From Laetmonice hystrix (Eukaryota): 64,000 nt of DNA. Position 1 is the stretch's first letter. Each line of letters begins with the position of its first letter. The notes beneath the pieces are model-generated. The model was given only the letters and a program-made list of their open reading frames with translations. It made no database searches and was not told where the DNA came from. Location: the NCBI GenBank assembly GCA_965235115.1, contig OZ249447.1, forward strand, positions 9,424,001 to 9,488,000. Direction: 5' to 3'. A program made the translations under genes and the position numbers. Shown here in pieces: positions 37,967-49,123 of this stretch.

Positions 37967-38491
37967 GGCCAAATAAAAAAAGTTACTTGTTTAGCGTCCG
38001 CCTCGTCAAATTTTTCCGGGTCGAGGGGGAGGTTTTTATTTTTATTTTTTACTCTATGGATGGAGTGGCGGCGTGGCTGTAGGAAAAAGACACCCATGGT
38101 ATTCATGGTCAGACGGCAAGTTAGGAAGGTACAGAAGACTATGAAAACTTCCAAGCTAGAATTTGAAGAAGTAAACATGAAACTTCTATACATTAAGTCT
38201 TTGTTCAAGCGAAAGTTAAACTTGTGCACATGTATTTTAAAATGAAATTTTGTCACTAGTCATCATACAACACAGTTCGAAGTGACACTGCTGGGACTCT
38301 TTTTGAACCAACTTTACTATCGTTAATGGGTTTACAAAGCACATTATACACTGTTCTTAGGCGGGAACACGTTGTTTTGACAGTTTTTACACTTTATTTT
38401 TTTTTTTAATAAAATAAAAAGAAATCCACAGGTCGGGGCATTTCACAGGTCGAGTGGGGACGCTAAACAAGTAATGTTTTTTTATTTGGCC
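37967..38491. mobile_element. MITE with GG..CC termini and TAA TSD (Zator- or Harbinger-like), 525 bp
   Basis: TAA|GGCCAAATAAAAAAAGTTACTTGTTTAGCGTCC ... GGACGCTAAACAAGTAATGTTTTTTTATTTGGCC|TAA; empty site CCATAACC in copy 1 (~27808). Confidence 0.85.
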
Positions 38492-39103
38492 TAACCTTAA
38501 TCGGCGGGAGGTGGGTTTATGTAAGGGCATATATATAGGGCCCCTACATTGTGGTCTTTACACTTGTGCGTTTGTAAGCAATCAGCGCCACTCGAGATAA
38601 GACTCGACCGAAAATATTTCCTTAGACTAGAGCTATGCCCTAACAGGCATATTTCTATTTGTCACATGTCATGGATCGTGCTGCCTTAGCCTTAGCCATC
38701 GTCTTCGCTGATTGTGAGTGAAAATTCACTGTACCAAAACAAGTCCCAAGGAAGGTAAGCGTCAGGGCATGTACTTGCACAGCCCTTTGAATTTAAACAG
38801 TAGGCAAATATCGGCATGCATATGCATAGTTGTTTGTGAATACAGTATAGTTCTATGCAATTTGTATCTCACTGTCTTTCTTAATTTGCAAGAAAGGTCC
38901 ATCGATGAACCAATTGCCTTATCTTTACCATAGGTGAATATTTTAGGCGCTAATTCAAAAATTTGTGCGTCATTTTTGGCTCGTCTGTGCAAACATGCTC
39001 GTTGTGAAAGATATAGGCTTAGGTTGGCGTTAGTTGATTTTTTAAACGGAACGCGCAATTTAAAAAAATATTTGAATACATGTTTATGGTGCTGCCGTTC
39101 CAG

Positions 39104-42100
39104 ATGGGTTACACTGCATCCCCAATAAGAACAGCCTTATCACTGTTCGTCGCGTTCTGGGAATCATTTCTTTTCGGTGGAACATGTGCTGGCTGGAATG
39201 TTTTCGTCTATGTCCTCAAGCAAGATGGTGTTTATTCCCTGCTTTGCACAAACACTCTCAATGCCAACAACTCCGGTGATTACGAAAAAAACTTTGAAAC
39301 TCCAAGTCATCACTTGAACTCCACGACGGATTATTCGTTGACTGATTGCCCTGCACAGGATAGTAACTTTAGTCTGGCGTACACAATTACTATATCCTTA
39401 TTAGGAGTGCAGGCTTTCCCCATCGGTGCCGTATTTGACCGGCTTGGGTTACGAGTCACAAGAACAGCATCCATGTGCGTATAATATTAGGCCTACGGGG
39501 TCATGTTTTCCTTATTTTTGTCCGGGATTCAGAAATATCACGAAAATCGAAAAATAGACATGCATCCTAAGTCTGTGCGTGTGTAGGCCTGTAGAGATCA
39601 TTGTTCGTGATAAGTGTGGGCACACAGAAATATGAATCTCAACATTTCAATCTAGGGTGATTGCTGGTTCCGTTGTATAGAGTTACTTCGAAGAGTGTAA
39701 GCCTGCCTACTTGTAAAAATTGGCTGCTTAAATAGGCCGTAGGCCTTATGTACAGTCTCCGTCTTTATATACAGCATAGCTGCAATATTAAACTGCGAAT
39801 TTGAATTTCAGACTAACTTTGATCGCCGCCTTTTTGATGTTGGCATTTGTTGACCCGTGTAAGTAGTCTAGGCCTCTACAGATCACAGTGGCGTACCCAG
39901 AAACTGGACCCAGGGGGTGCTGGAAATAACCAACGTCGTATAGGCGCTGCAAATTGTGAGGGGGCTGTGGCAACAAGCGCACCAAAAAAATGGGAAAATT
40001 GAGGGGTGAGCACCCCAAGCACCCCCCCCCCCCCGGGTACGCTACTGGATCAGGAGCGTATCCCACATTTTCAGATGGGGAGAGGGCAGGTTAAGTCTAG
40101 GATGGCTGGTTCAATCCTACAGGAAGTGCAAGGCGTTTAATTTCCCATGCATTCCACACCAGATATGTTGAGGGGAGGGGTTTCCTTGACTACAGCCCTG
40201 GAGAAAGTACTTAAAAGATCCCCAACACGCATCCAAGGGCCAGGGAAGAAGTCGTTCATGCAAGATAAATCGTGATCACCTGTGGAGAATAACTTTTTAA
40301 TACTATGCTGTAGGCCTATACATTTTACACAGATTCCTCTTGGTTGATTTATCCGGGATTGGTCCTACTTGGTGTTGGCAACATAACCATCATGGTCACA
40401 AGTAATCATGTAAGTATATAGCCAATGTATATCACTGACATCCAAACCGTAAGACATACCATAGACCTACTCTATAATCTACGTCTATGGACATAACAAC
40501 AACACTATGTCTCGCCACGATATGAAATTCTGCGTCCGTGATTGTGTCTTGAGCCTGTAGGCTATATTGCATAGATGGCTATACGTCCTTTAACATGTAG
40601 GATAAATGCAAACTGTATTCAGATTGCAGGACTTGCAGGAAAGAAGGCCGGAACAGCCATTGCAATCTTTTCCGGTGGATTTTCAGCTTCGGGGGTTGTT
40701 TTTCTACTTGTAAAGGTAGGCCCTGGGTCAATGACACCGGGGCCCATTCCTCTGAACCCAGTGTTTGCATTTTATGTCCCTAAATATAACTAAGCCAAAC
40801 TAAGCCATTGATAGGCCTAACTATAGGTTTTATTACGATGGATTTTTTGTCGTACATTAGTCGTTTTGTCTGCAAGCATTGTAATCTCTCACTGTGTTTT
40901 TCAGCTGGCCTCAGACGCTGGGTTCCCTCGACGATATAGTATTCTGATTTTTGTCGGTCTACTCGTGGCCTCCTTTATTCTTACCTTCGTCCTTTTTCCA
41001 AGTTATAAAGTGCCTGAGTATATAAGCTTGAATCAGCCGACCTGGGAGAAATCGGCCAAACGGGAAACAGGCGCTGGAGAGGGAGGTGGAGATGATATCC
41101 CTCACAGTGATGAAGTATCCGAAAAGACGCCACTGGTAGATTCTGCAGATCGAAGGTCAGCTGAGGCCGACCAGCAGGCAAACGGAAATGTACAACCAGA
41201 GAGTTTTCTCCACCACGTGTCGTCGATACGCTTTGTGCTTCATGTATATTGGTTCTCATTTTCACATTTGCGCGTCCAATACTACGTGGGAAGCTTCAAT
41301 GCGTGGGTAACGGACATCAGTGACAACAACGAAAGTCTTGGTAAATCAAATTTAACTTTTGTTGGGCCCACCCAAAAATGCATTGGTATGCCTTCCAGGA
41401 CCAAAGCAGCGCCCTATACCATCGTAAAATTCCAGCTCCCTCCCGTGCACAAGCCGTCCCCTCCAATACAAAGGCCTGGCTATACGGGCCCGCTTTTCGT
41501 TTATAGGCCTAAGCTGTATAGGTCTGCATGCATATAGATTATACCTGTTGATGGGTGTAAATACATGTGATCTTGTGAAAAGGCCGTCCTAGAAACACAC
41601 GAACGAATGATAAGATCCCGTTTAATCGTGCCTCTCAATAACGCCTTCTCTTTAAAGTTAGTGCCCTCAGCAATGCGTTCGGTTATATGGTTCTTTCTAC
41701 GCTTGTGTTGTCGCCAACAGTTGGGATTATCATGGACAGTCGTCGTCGGCGTATCGAAGGTAGGATATGTAGGCTCCAGATGTACGTGTAGTGACATGGT
41801 TTACTACCTGGACCTGGATTAGCACATGCCGGAATTGCTAGAGTTCTTTTTCTAGTTATGTTGAAAACATTGCACCTTAAGTTCCGTCCTATTGTAGAAA
41901 GAATAAAGAAAGGATTTTGTATATTATAACCCGGCTCACACAAAACATTATAAAACGTTATTCATCGTTGCTATAGCTGGGAAATAATATCAATAATCAA
42001 GACTTATCATGAAGGATTGAATTAATAGAAATCAGATGCTTAAAAACGATGTTTAAAAAAGAAACAAGGAAACAAGGAAGATGACCTCAGAGAAAATCAA

Positions 42101-44294
42101 TCAATTGTATCTTTTCCAGATTCCGCTCCATATGAAAGAAGGGCAAAGGCCTCATTCGTTCCGGTAACGTTGGCCTGTGTACTTGGAATATTGATGAGTG
42201 CGTTTGTCTTGGTTGAGACCATGTGGTCGGCTTATGTGTCTATTGCTGTGGTCCAAATATACAGATCGTTCGTCTATCCGGCCTGCTTTATCTACTTGTA
42301 TATATCGTAAGTGACCAGGGTGATACGTCAGAGCTAAAACAGTGTATCTTGCCGTATCTTAGAAATCTATTCTCCTCCGTCACTAAATCGATAAAATTAG
42401 AAAGAAAATAATCCCAGAGTGACTCATCACATATGAGTCTGATGAAGAATTTACGAACAGGGCCAAATGAAAATGGCAATGCCTCAGGAACCCAATATAA
42501 GGTGGGGGCATTGCTAAGATTCTTTTAACAGCTCAGTTGTAAATGATCGCGTATAACTTTTCTTCTCATTATGCAGCTATCCTTTGAGTCATTATGGAAA
42601 ACTGTTTGGGCTTTCCTACTTCATTGGCGGAATTACAAACTTCCTGCAGTACGCTTTTTTCTCATGGGCAGAGGAGGTGAACTCGTTTTCCCCGGTAGGT
42701 GATCCATCATTGATATTGACGGAGATTCTTCTCTATAGACCTTCTACGTATTATCTTTTTTTCATACATTTTCCTTACTTCAATTCTGTGGGGCCCATTT
42801 TTTGATGTGGACCCCTTTTTGCAGGGTAGGCCTATAGAGTCTATGTAGATCTGTAGGCCTAAGCATGCAGGCATGGGCATAGCTCTGTCGCCGAACACAT
42901 CAAAACATGTCTTGATAATTAATCATTGCAGGCATGAGAGTGACGACTGAAAAAAAAATTTGAAAATTTCCGGGGCTATGGAAAATGGCGAGGCCCTTGG
43001 GATATCAAGGGGCAAAGCACCTGTAAGCTGAGCAAACAAAATCAGGTACCTTAGAGTTTTCACAAAACACAGTTTGCATCGAGACTTTTGCCAGGATGAC
43101 GCAATGTTGCAACGTTTGCTGGCAAGTTTTGATGAATTCGAACAGGTTTTACCCTAACCCCCCCCCCCCCCCCGTCATAATGCATTTTGAGATCTCAACG
43201 GATTTGCATCGATCTCGATGACCACAAATTTGGATGTAAAAAAATCGGAATTCCGAGAATAATCGGAACACTCTCATGCCTGTATTAATGTGGTCATTAT
43301 TGTATAGGCTACTTATAGAATTGTAAGACCAATATAGGACCAGTGATTGAAAAATCAGTTTTTGTAATGAGGACTAACACCAAGGGTCTACCAAAAAAAG
43401 TAGGCCTACACACGTAGGCTGAGTCCAGAGGCAACACGGTCGAAATCCAACAACGCCTACTGGCGGGAAACTTTACGAAGTTAAGATGCTTCTTTTCACA
43501 TAGGCCTAGTCCTAATCGTTATTGTGAATGTGTTATGTTTAAAGCAGGAATCGAAGCAATAAGGCTCACCAGAGCCCCCTTGCTAGATGACAGAGCTCAA
43601 TGCAGACTTTCACTGCTCTCCCGCTAGGGGCGAAGGGAGCCCCCTGGCGGAGTGAGCCGAGTAACAGTCTAAATGTGAGCTGGTTCCCGGCTCTGTCGCT
43701 AGGTGGCTCTGTGGTCGACGCGAGCAGATCTCACTCGCGTTGACCACAGGGCCGTCTAGCCAGGGAGCCGAGAACCAGTTTAAACACCCTGTCGTGGTTT
43801 TATAGTTTAAAGTGAAAACGCCAGACGGCAGCTAGCTATCACGACTGTCAAAGCATCGCCGCACGTGGCGCGTCCAAAAAAATTAAGCATAGTCTAGATC
43901 TAATAAAAGCATTTCAAGAAGGGAGGGAGGCCTACCCTAAGCTGATATTATGCTCATCAAATTAACTTCGAGTGTAACTGAATCTCTAAACGGTCCGCGA
44001 ACGTAGAACGTCAGTGTTGTTTGCGCCATGCTTATTTAGGTTTCTCAAAAATCCACCAGTCGGCGCTGCCAGGTTCGACCAGGGGAAGCCAGCATGCGGA
44101 GGCCTAGGTGTTAAGATTTGGCCCTAACTTCACAAATAGGTTGTTCTATTAGGCTGCTCATACCCTACCTTTGTTGATTTCAGGGAAACATCCTATTGCT
44201 GTGTCTGACGGTCCTGACATTTGCTCATCCTACTTACATCTACGCTCAAAGTCGGAGATCTTGCGAAAAGTCAGACGCGGCACCAACCGGATAA
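39104..44294 (+). CDS. SLC43A3-like: SLC43A3-like transporter, copy 2, apparently intact
   Basis: Exons 39104-39474, 39812-39858, 40333-40409, 40623-40715, 40905-41340, 41658-41759, 42120-42306, 42577-42694, 44184-44294. Lengths identical to copy 1, splice sites intact, no stop or frameshift seen. Confidence 0.86.
39886..40047. mobile_element. CAGTGGCGTA-type MITE with 5 bp TSD (GATCA), in copies 2 and 3 (49897-50057)
   Basis: GATCA|CAGTGGCGTACCC ... GGGTACGCTACTG|GATCA; empty site ACAGATCAGGAG in copy 1 (~29196). Confidence 0.88.
42929..43282. mobile_element. hAT-like MITE, copy 2 only
   Basis: 14 bp perfect TIR CAGGCATGAGAGTG / CACTCTCATGCCTG; absent from copies 1 and 3 (GATAATTAATGTGG). 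No clean TSD visible. Confidence 0.75.
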
Positions 44295-45722
44295 CAACTA
44301 TAAGACCAAAAGATACTGCGTGATATTTTACTAGTCTATTCGTACGCGATATAATAGGCTAGACTCTGAGGCACATAGATTACGTAACGCTATTCTGACC
44401 ATAATCTGACACCCCACCCCCGTAACGCTTTCAATGGAGCTTTATAATGGACTGTAAAAGTGTAATGTTTGGACATCCCCCCTCTACCCAGCATACCCTG
44501 ACTGAGCGTTAATTACGTAATTTATGGAGGCCCCTATGGACTAACCACTCACGCCTGTATTAAAAGCAGTTGGCAGAGGAGGTGAACTCGTTTTCCCCGG
44601 TAGGTGATCCATCATTGATATTGACGGAGATTCTTCTCTATAGACCTTCTATTATCTTTTTTTCATACATTTTCCTTACTTCAATTCTGTGGGGCCCATA
44701 TTTTGATGTGGACCCCTTTTTGCAGGGTAGGCCTATAGAGTCTATGTTGATCTGTAGGCCTAAGCATGCAGGCATGGGCATAGCTCTGTCGCCGAACACA
44801 TCACTCTACTAGTTTCGGCAGCATTAGCCCTGATCCGAGGGTTAGTCCCTATATAATTGGTACATCGCCCGTAATAACTTAACCCCCGGGAAATTGGGTC
44901 GAAAGTAAATAAAGATCCATATATAGCCCCGGTCCCTACACCTCCCCAAACACATCCATATTCTATCCCTATCACTGACCTTAACCCGAACCCCTGCCCA
45001 AAAAGTTTGTGGGGAAGTTACCACTGGGGAAATAACCCCAACTCTAGAGCTAGGCCTACCTGTGTGCGTAGACCTCCCTCGATCGGCTCCCAGGTTCCAG
45101 ACCCTCTCGATAGGGGTCACTGGCGCTTATCCGGGGGCCTGTCTTACTAACGATGATCCTCAGCAAAATCCCCACCAAAGTCCCCAGATCGGAGATATTC
45201 CAGTTGTGATGTTTATGAGACAAAAATAAAACTCTCCATTGAAACAGTATTTGAGAGATATCCTCAATATGGGATCGACGCCTCTTGATTTATTTCAGGA
45301 GTGATGTCAATCAAGCCCCAGCAGCGCCCCCTAGGGGGCCTATCAGAATGGCGTATGAGAATGAGATGCCCAGTGCGGCAAAAGCAAATTCGATCATGTT
45401 ATTTTCTGATGTTAAAATTTGAAGAGCTCCCCGAGATTAGGCCTACTTCTGATTATACGATAAGCTTACCGACATGGACATTGAACATGATTGGAATTAG
45501 GCCTGCGTGCCTTTTACTTTTCCTCAGTAACCCGGATATGCCTATACTATAGGCTATATAGATCTAGGGGCCTATAATAGCTTAATAGGCCTAGGCCCTA
45601 TCAGATAGGCCTCTATATAATAGTAGGCTATATATATCTTGTAGAGATCACGATGAATCTTAAATAAAGAATATGCTGCGTTCGCCTGATCTCGAAAATC
45701 TTTCAATATTTTTTTAGAACGT

Positions 45723-47130
45723 AAGGACTAAAAGACAATATTTTAGCATGCAGTCCATCAGCTGAGTCTCCAGTCATTGTTCTTGGTCAAAGATGTTGCC
45801 AATTTCAACGTCTCTTTTGCCTGGCAATAGACGAAGAATATTAGGAAGTAGCCGTACGGCATGAAGCTGCACGGGCTAGGAATGCGGAAAAGATGTCAGG
45901 CAGGAGTTTGACTTCAAACAGTGGTGAAACTGAGCTAAAACCATTCAAAGCTGCAGAAGATGTGAAATCCACAGAAAAACCAGCAAACAGCTCTGATGAG
46001 ACTTTTGTAGAATTTGCACGTGTGATCAGTGGTACAGTTCGAAAGGGTTAGAAACTGTATATATTGGGATCTAAACATGACCCAGCCAAGGCACTTAAGT
46101 TGATTGCTGAAAGCGTGGACCCTGGCAGCCCAAAGACAGTTCAACAACTGAGCGACTGAGTTCAACAACAACCACATGACTGTGGCTACTATTGACAGTG
46201 TTTTCCTCTTCATGGGTCGAGAGCTTGAAATGCTTGAGGAGATACCAGCTGGAAATATAGTTGGAATTGGAGGCTTGAAAGAGCATGTCCTCAAATCGGT
46301 AACTTTATCCAGCACAGTAGCTTGCCCGTCATTCACAGGCATGCGCCTTGAAGAGTAGCTATAGAGCCAAAGAAAGCAGAGAACATGAGTGCAATAATAA
46401 TTAACAGGCATGCGACTGCTGAACCAGAGTGACCCAAGCGTTGAGGTGTTGGTACAGGAAAATGGCCAACATGTTATCATCGCCACTGGAGAAGCACATC
46501 TACAAAAGTGTATTGATGATCTACAGAATCAGTTTGCCAAAGTGGAAATAAAGCAGTCATCACCGATTGTGCCATTCCGTGAAACAATCATCCTGCCTGA
46601 GAAGACAGCCAAAGTGAATGAATCCAATTCAACCACAGTAACAATGAAGACCGAGCTACAAGAGGAAGATGGGAGAGAAAATATTAAAGCGAAAGATCAG
46701 GGCACCATCAGCCTCACCACACCAAATCAAGCATGCAGCATTAGTGTCCTTGCCTTGCCATTACCAGAAACGGTTGTGAGTCTATTGGAGGAGAACAAGG
46801 ACATGATTAAATCTCTTGTCCAACATACCTCTGCACTTGTGGCAGGAAACAATGAACTTCAGCTAGATCACCTGAATGAGAAGACTGAGAAATCCTTGAG
46901 TTACGACATAAGCTCGAGAAGGCATCAGTTCTGCAGGTCCCCAGTGGGAAGGAGCTGTAGAGCAGATATGGGCTTTTGGCCCTCGAGGAAAAGGGCCAAA
47001 TCTATTGTTAAACCAGATCAAAGGCTATGAATGGCCAAACATGTGGAATTGTCTTGAAGAAAACAAAAATGAGAAAAGCCTTAATTTGAGAGATTTTGAC
47101 AGTAGCGTTGTGAGTGGCTTTCCAATGGCC
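45723..47130 (+). pseudogene. EFL1: EFL1 internal fragment (parent ~24692-26112), disabled
   Basis: Shares the 16 bp deletion and the 3' truncation with the copy-2 fragment; has additional stops (CAG>TAG ~46048, CAA>CTA/TAG context ~46864) and private indels. Confidence 0.93.
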
Positions 47131-48002
47131 TGCTAGTCAAGCAGTGTGAAGTTAGTATCTCGTTCACGGTATGCTCTTCACGATTCGCGAACGCAGGATC
47201 TGATTCGCCACCTAGGATACGATTCGCAATTACGGCGCTGAGAGTCCCCTACGGGGCAGGGGGACTAATGAAGGGTACCCACAGACTCCCCTCCTCCTGG
47301 GCTATCGCTGCCTATCGTTACCCTTGTACCAAAGATGTATGAATAAAATTATAAGTGCATTGAGAAAAAAAATCTTCAATTTTTTACACTGCCTAATATA
47401 ATTAGTATATTTTCCACACTTTTCAGAAAAAAAGTGCACCCAAAAAAAGGGAATTCCTACAGGGAAAGCATCAAAATATTTTTCAGAAACGAGTATACGC
47501 ATTTGATGTCCCTCCTTACATTGGTACATACAGGTCGTGATACAGGTCTATGCAGGCCTATAAAGCATACGGCCAAAAACCTGGACTGTGGCTGTACACT
47601 GAAGGAGACGGGAGCAATACCCTGAATGAAAATGTTGATGTTTGCTGACTGCGTTATCAATGTGCACCGAGCTGACATCAGTCGTACTGGTTCTATTTGG
47701 TTTATGATATCTACCAACTTAATCATGCTTAATCTCCTGCCCCCCCCCCCCCCACCATATAGATCGATTGAATAAGTAACCTGACAGCCCATGTCTGCAT
47801 TTTTGGAGTCATTGAAATGAAAGATACTCGCTGATTGTTTTACGGCCACTCCCGAAGAGAGGGGGGGGGGTAGGCCTGTCCCCTCTCGTATAGGCCTACT
47901 CTCCCGTCTATCCCGCACGACGCAGATTCGCCTTTGGCAAACTATTGCTGCATGTGGGACTCCACCGGTGTCACATCCTCAAGGAGAACACTGCACAGAT
48001 AA

Positions 48003-48513
48003 GGCCAAATAAAAAAAGTTACTTGTGTAGAGTCCGTCCCGTCAAATTTTTCCGGGTCGAGGGGGGAGGTTTTTATTTTTATTTTTTACTCTAAGAATGG
48101 AGTGGCGGCGTGGCGGTAGGAAAAAGACACCCATGGTATTTATGGTCAGACGGCAAGTTAGGAAGGTACAGAAGACTATGAAAACTTCCAAGCTAGAATT
48201 TGAAGAAGTAAACATGAAACTTCTATATATTAAGTCTTTGTTCAAGCGAAAGTTAAACTTGTGCACATGTATTTTAAAATGAAATTTTGTCACTAGTCAT
48301 CATACAACACAGTTCGAAGTGACACTGCTGGGACTCTTTTAGAACCAACTTTACTATCGTTAATGGGTTTACAAAGCACATTATACACTGTTCTTAGGCG
48401 GGAAGACGTTGTTTTGACAGTTTTTACACTTTATTTTTTATTTTTTTATAAAATAAAAAGAAATCCACAGGTCGCGTGGGGACGCTAAACAAGTAATGTT
48501 TTTTTATTAGGCC
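48003..48513. mobile_element. Paralogous copy of the 37967-38491 MITE
   Basis: TAA|GGCCAAATAAAAAAAGTTACTTG ... TTTTATTAGGCC|TAA at the equivalent position in unit 3. Confidence 0.85.
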
Positions 48514-49123
48514 TAACCTTAATCGGCGGGAGGCGGGTATGTAAGGGCATATATATAGGGCCCCTACATTGTGGTCTTTACACTTGTGCGTTTGTAAGCA
48601 GTCAGCGCCACTCGAGATAAGACTCGACCGAAAATATTCCTTAGACTAGAGCTATGCCCTAACAGGCATATTTCTATTTGTCACATTTCATGGATCGTGC
48701 TGCCTTAGCCTTAGCCATCGTCTTCGCTGATTGTGAGTGAAAATTCACTGTACCAAAACAAGTCCCAAGGAAGGTAGGCGTCAGGGCATGTACTTGCACA
48801 GCCTTTTGAATTTAAACAGTAGGCAAATATCGGCATAGATATGCATAGTTGTTTGTGAATACAGTATAGTTCTATGCAATTTGTATCTCACTGTCTTTCT
48901 TAATTTGCAAGAAAGGTCCATCGATGAACCAATTGCCTTATCTTTACCATAGGTGAATATTTCAGGCGCTAATTCACGAATACTGTGCGTCATTTTTGGC
49001 TCATCTGTGCAAACATGCTCGTTGGGAAAGATATAGGCTTAGGTTGGCGTTAGTTGATTTTTTAAACGGAACGCGCAATTTTAAAAAATATTTGAATACA
49101 TGTTTATGGTGCTGCCGTTCCAG

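Noticed and set aside
38060-38256. Basic ORFs inside the GG..CC MITE (also 48042-48293)
   Set aside because: Short, with no DDE/D transposase motifs; the element is non-autonomous.
44060-44095. GGTTCGACC resembling a tRNA/Pol III B box
   Set aside because: No A box at the right spacing and no cloverleaf; not a tRNA or clear SINE.
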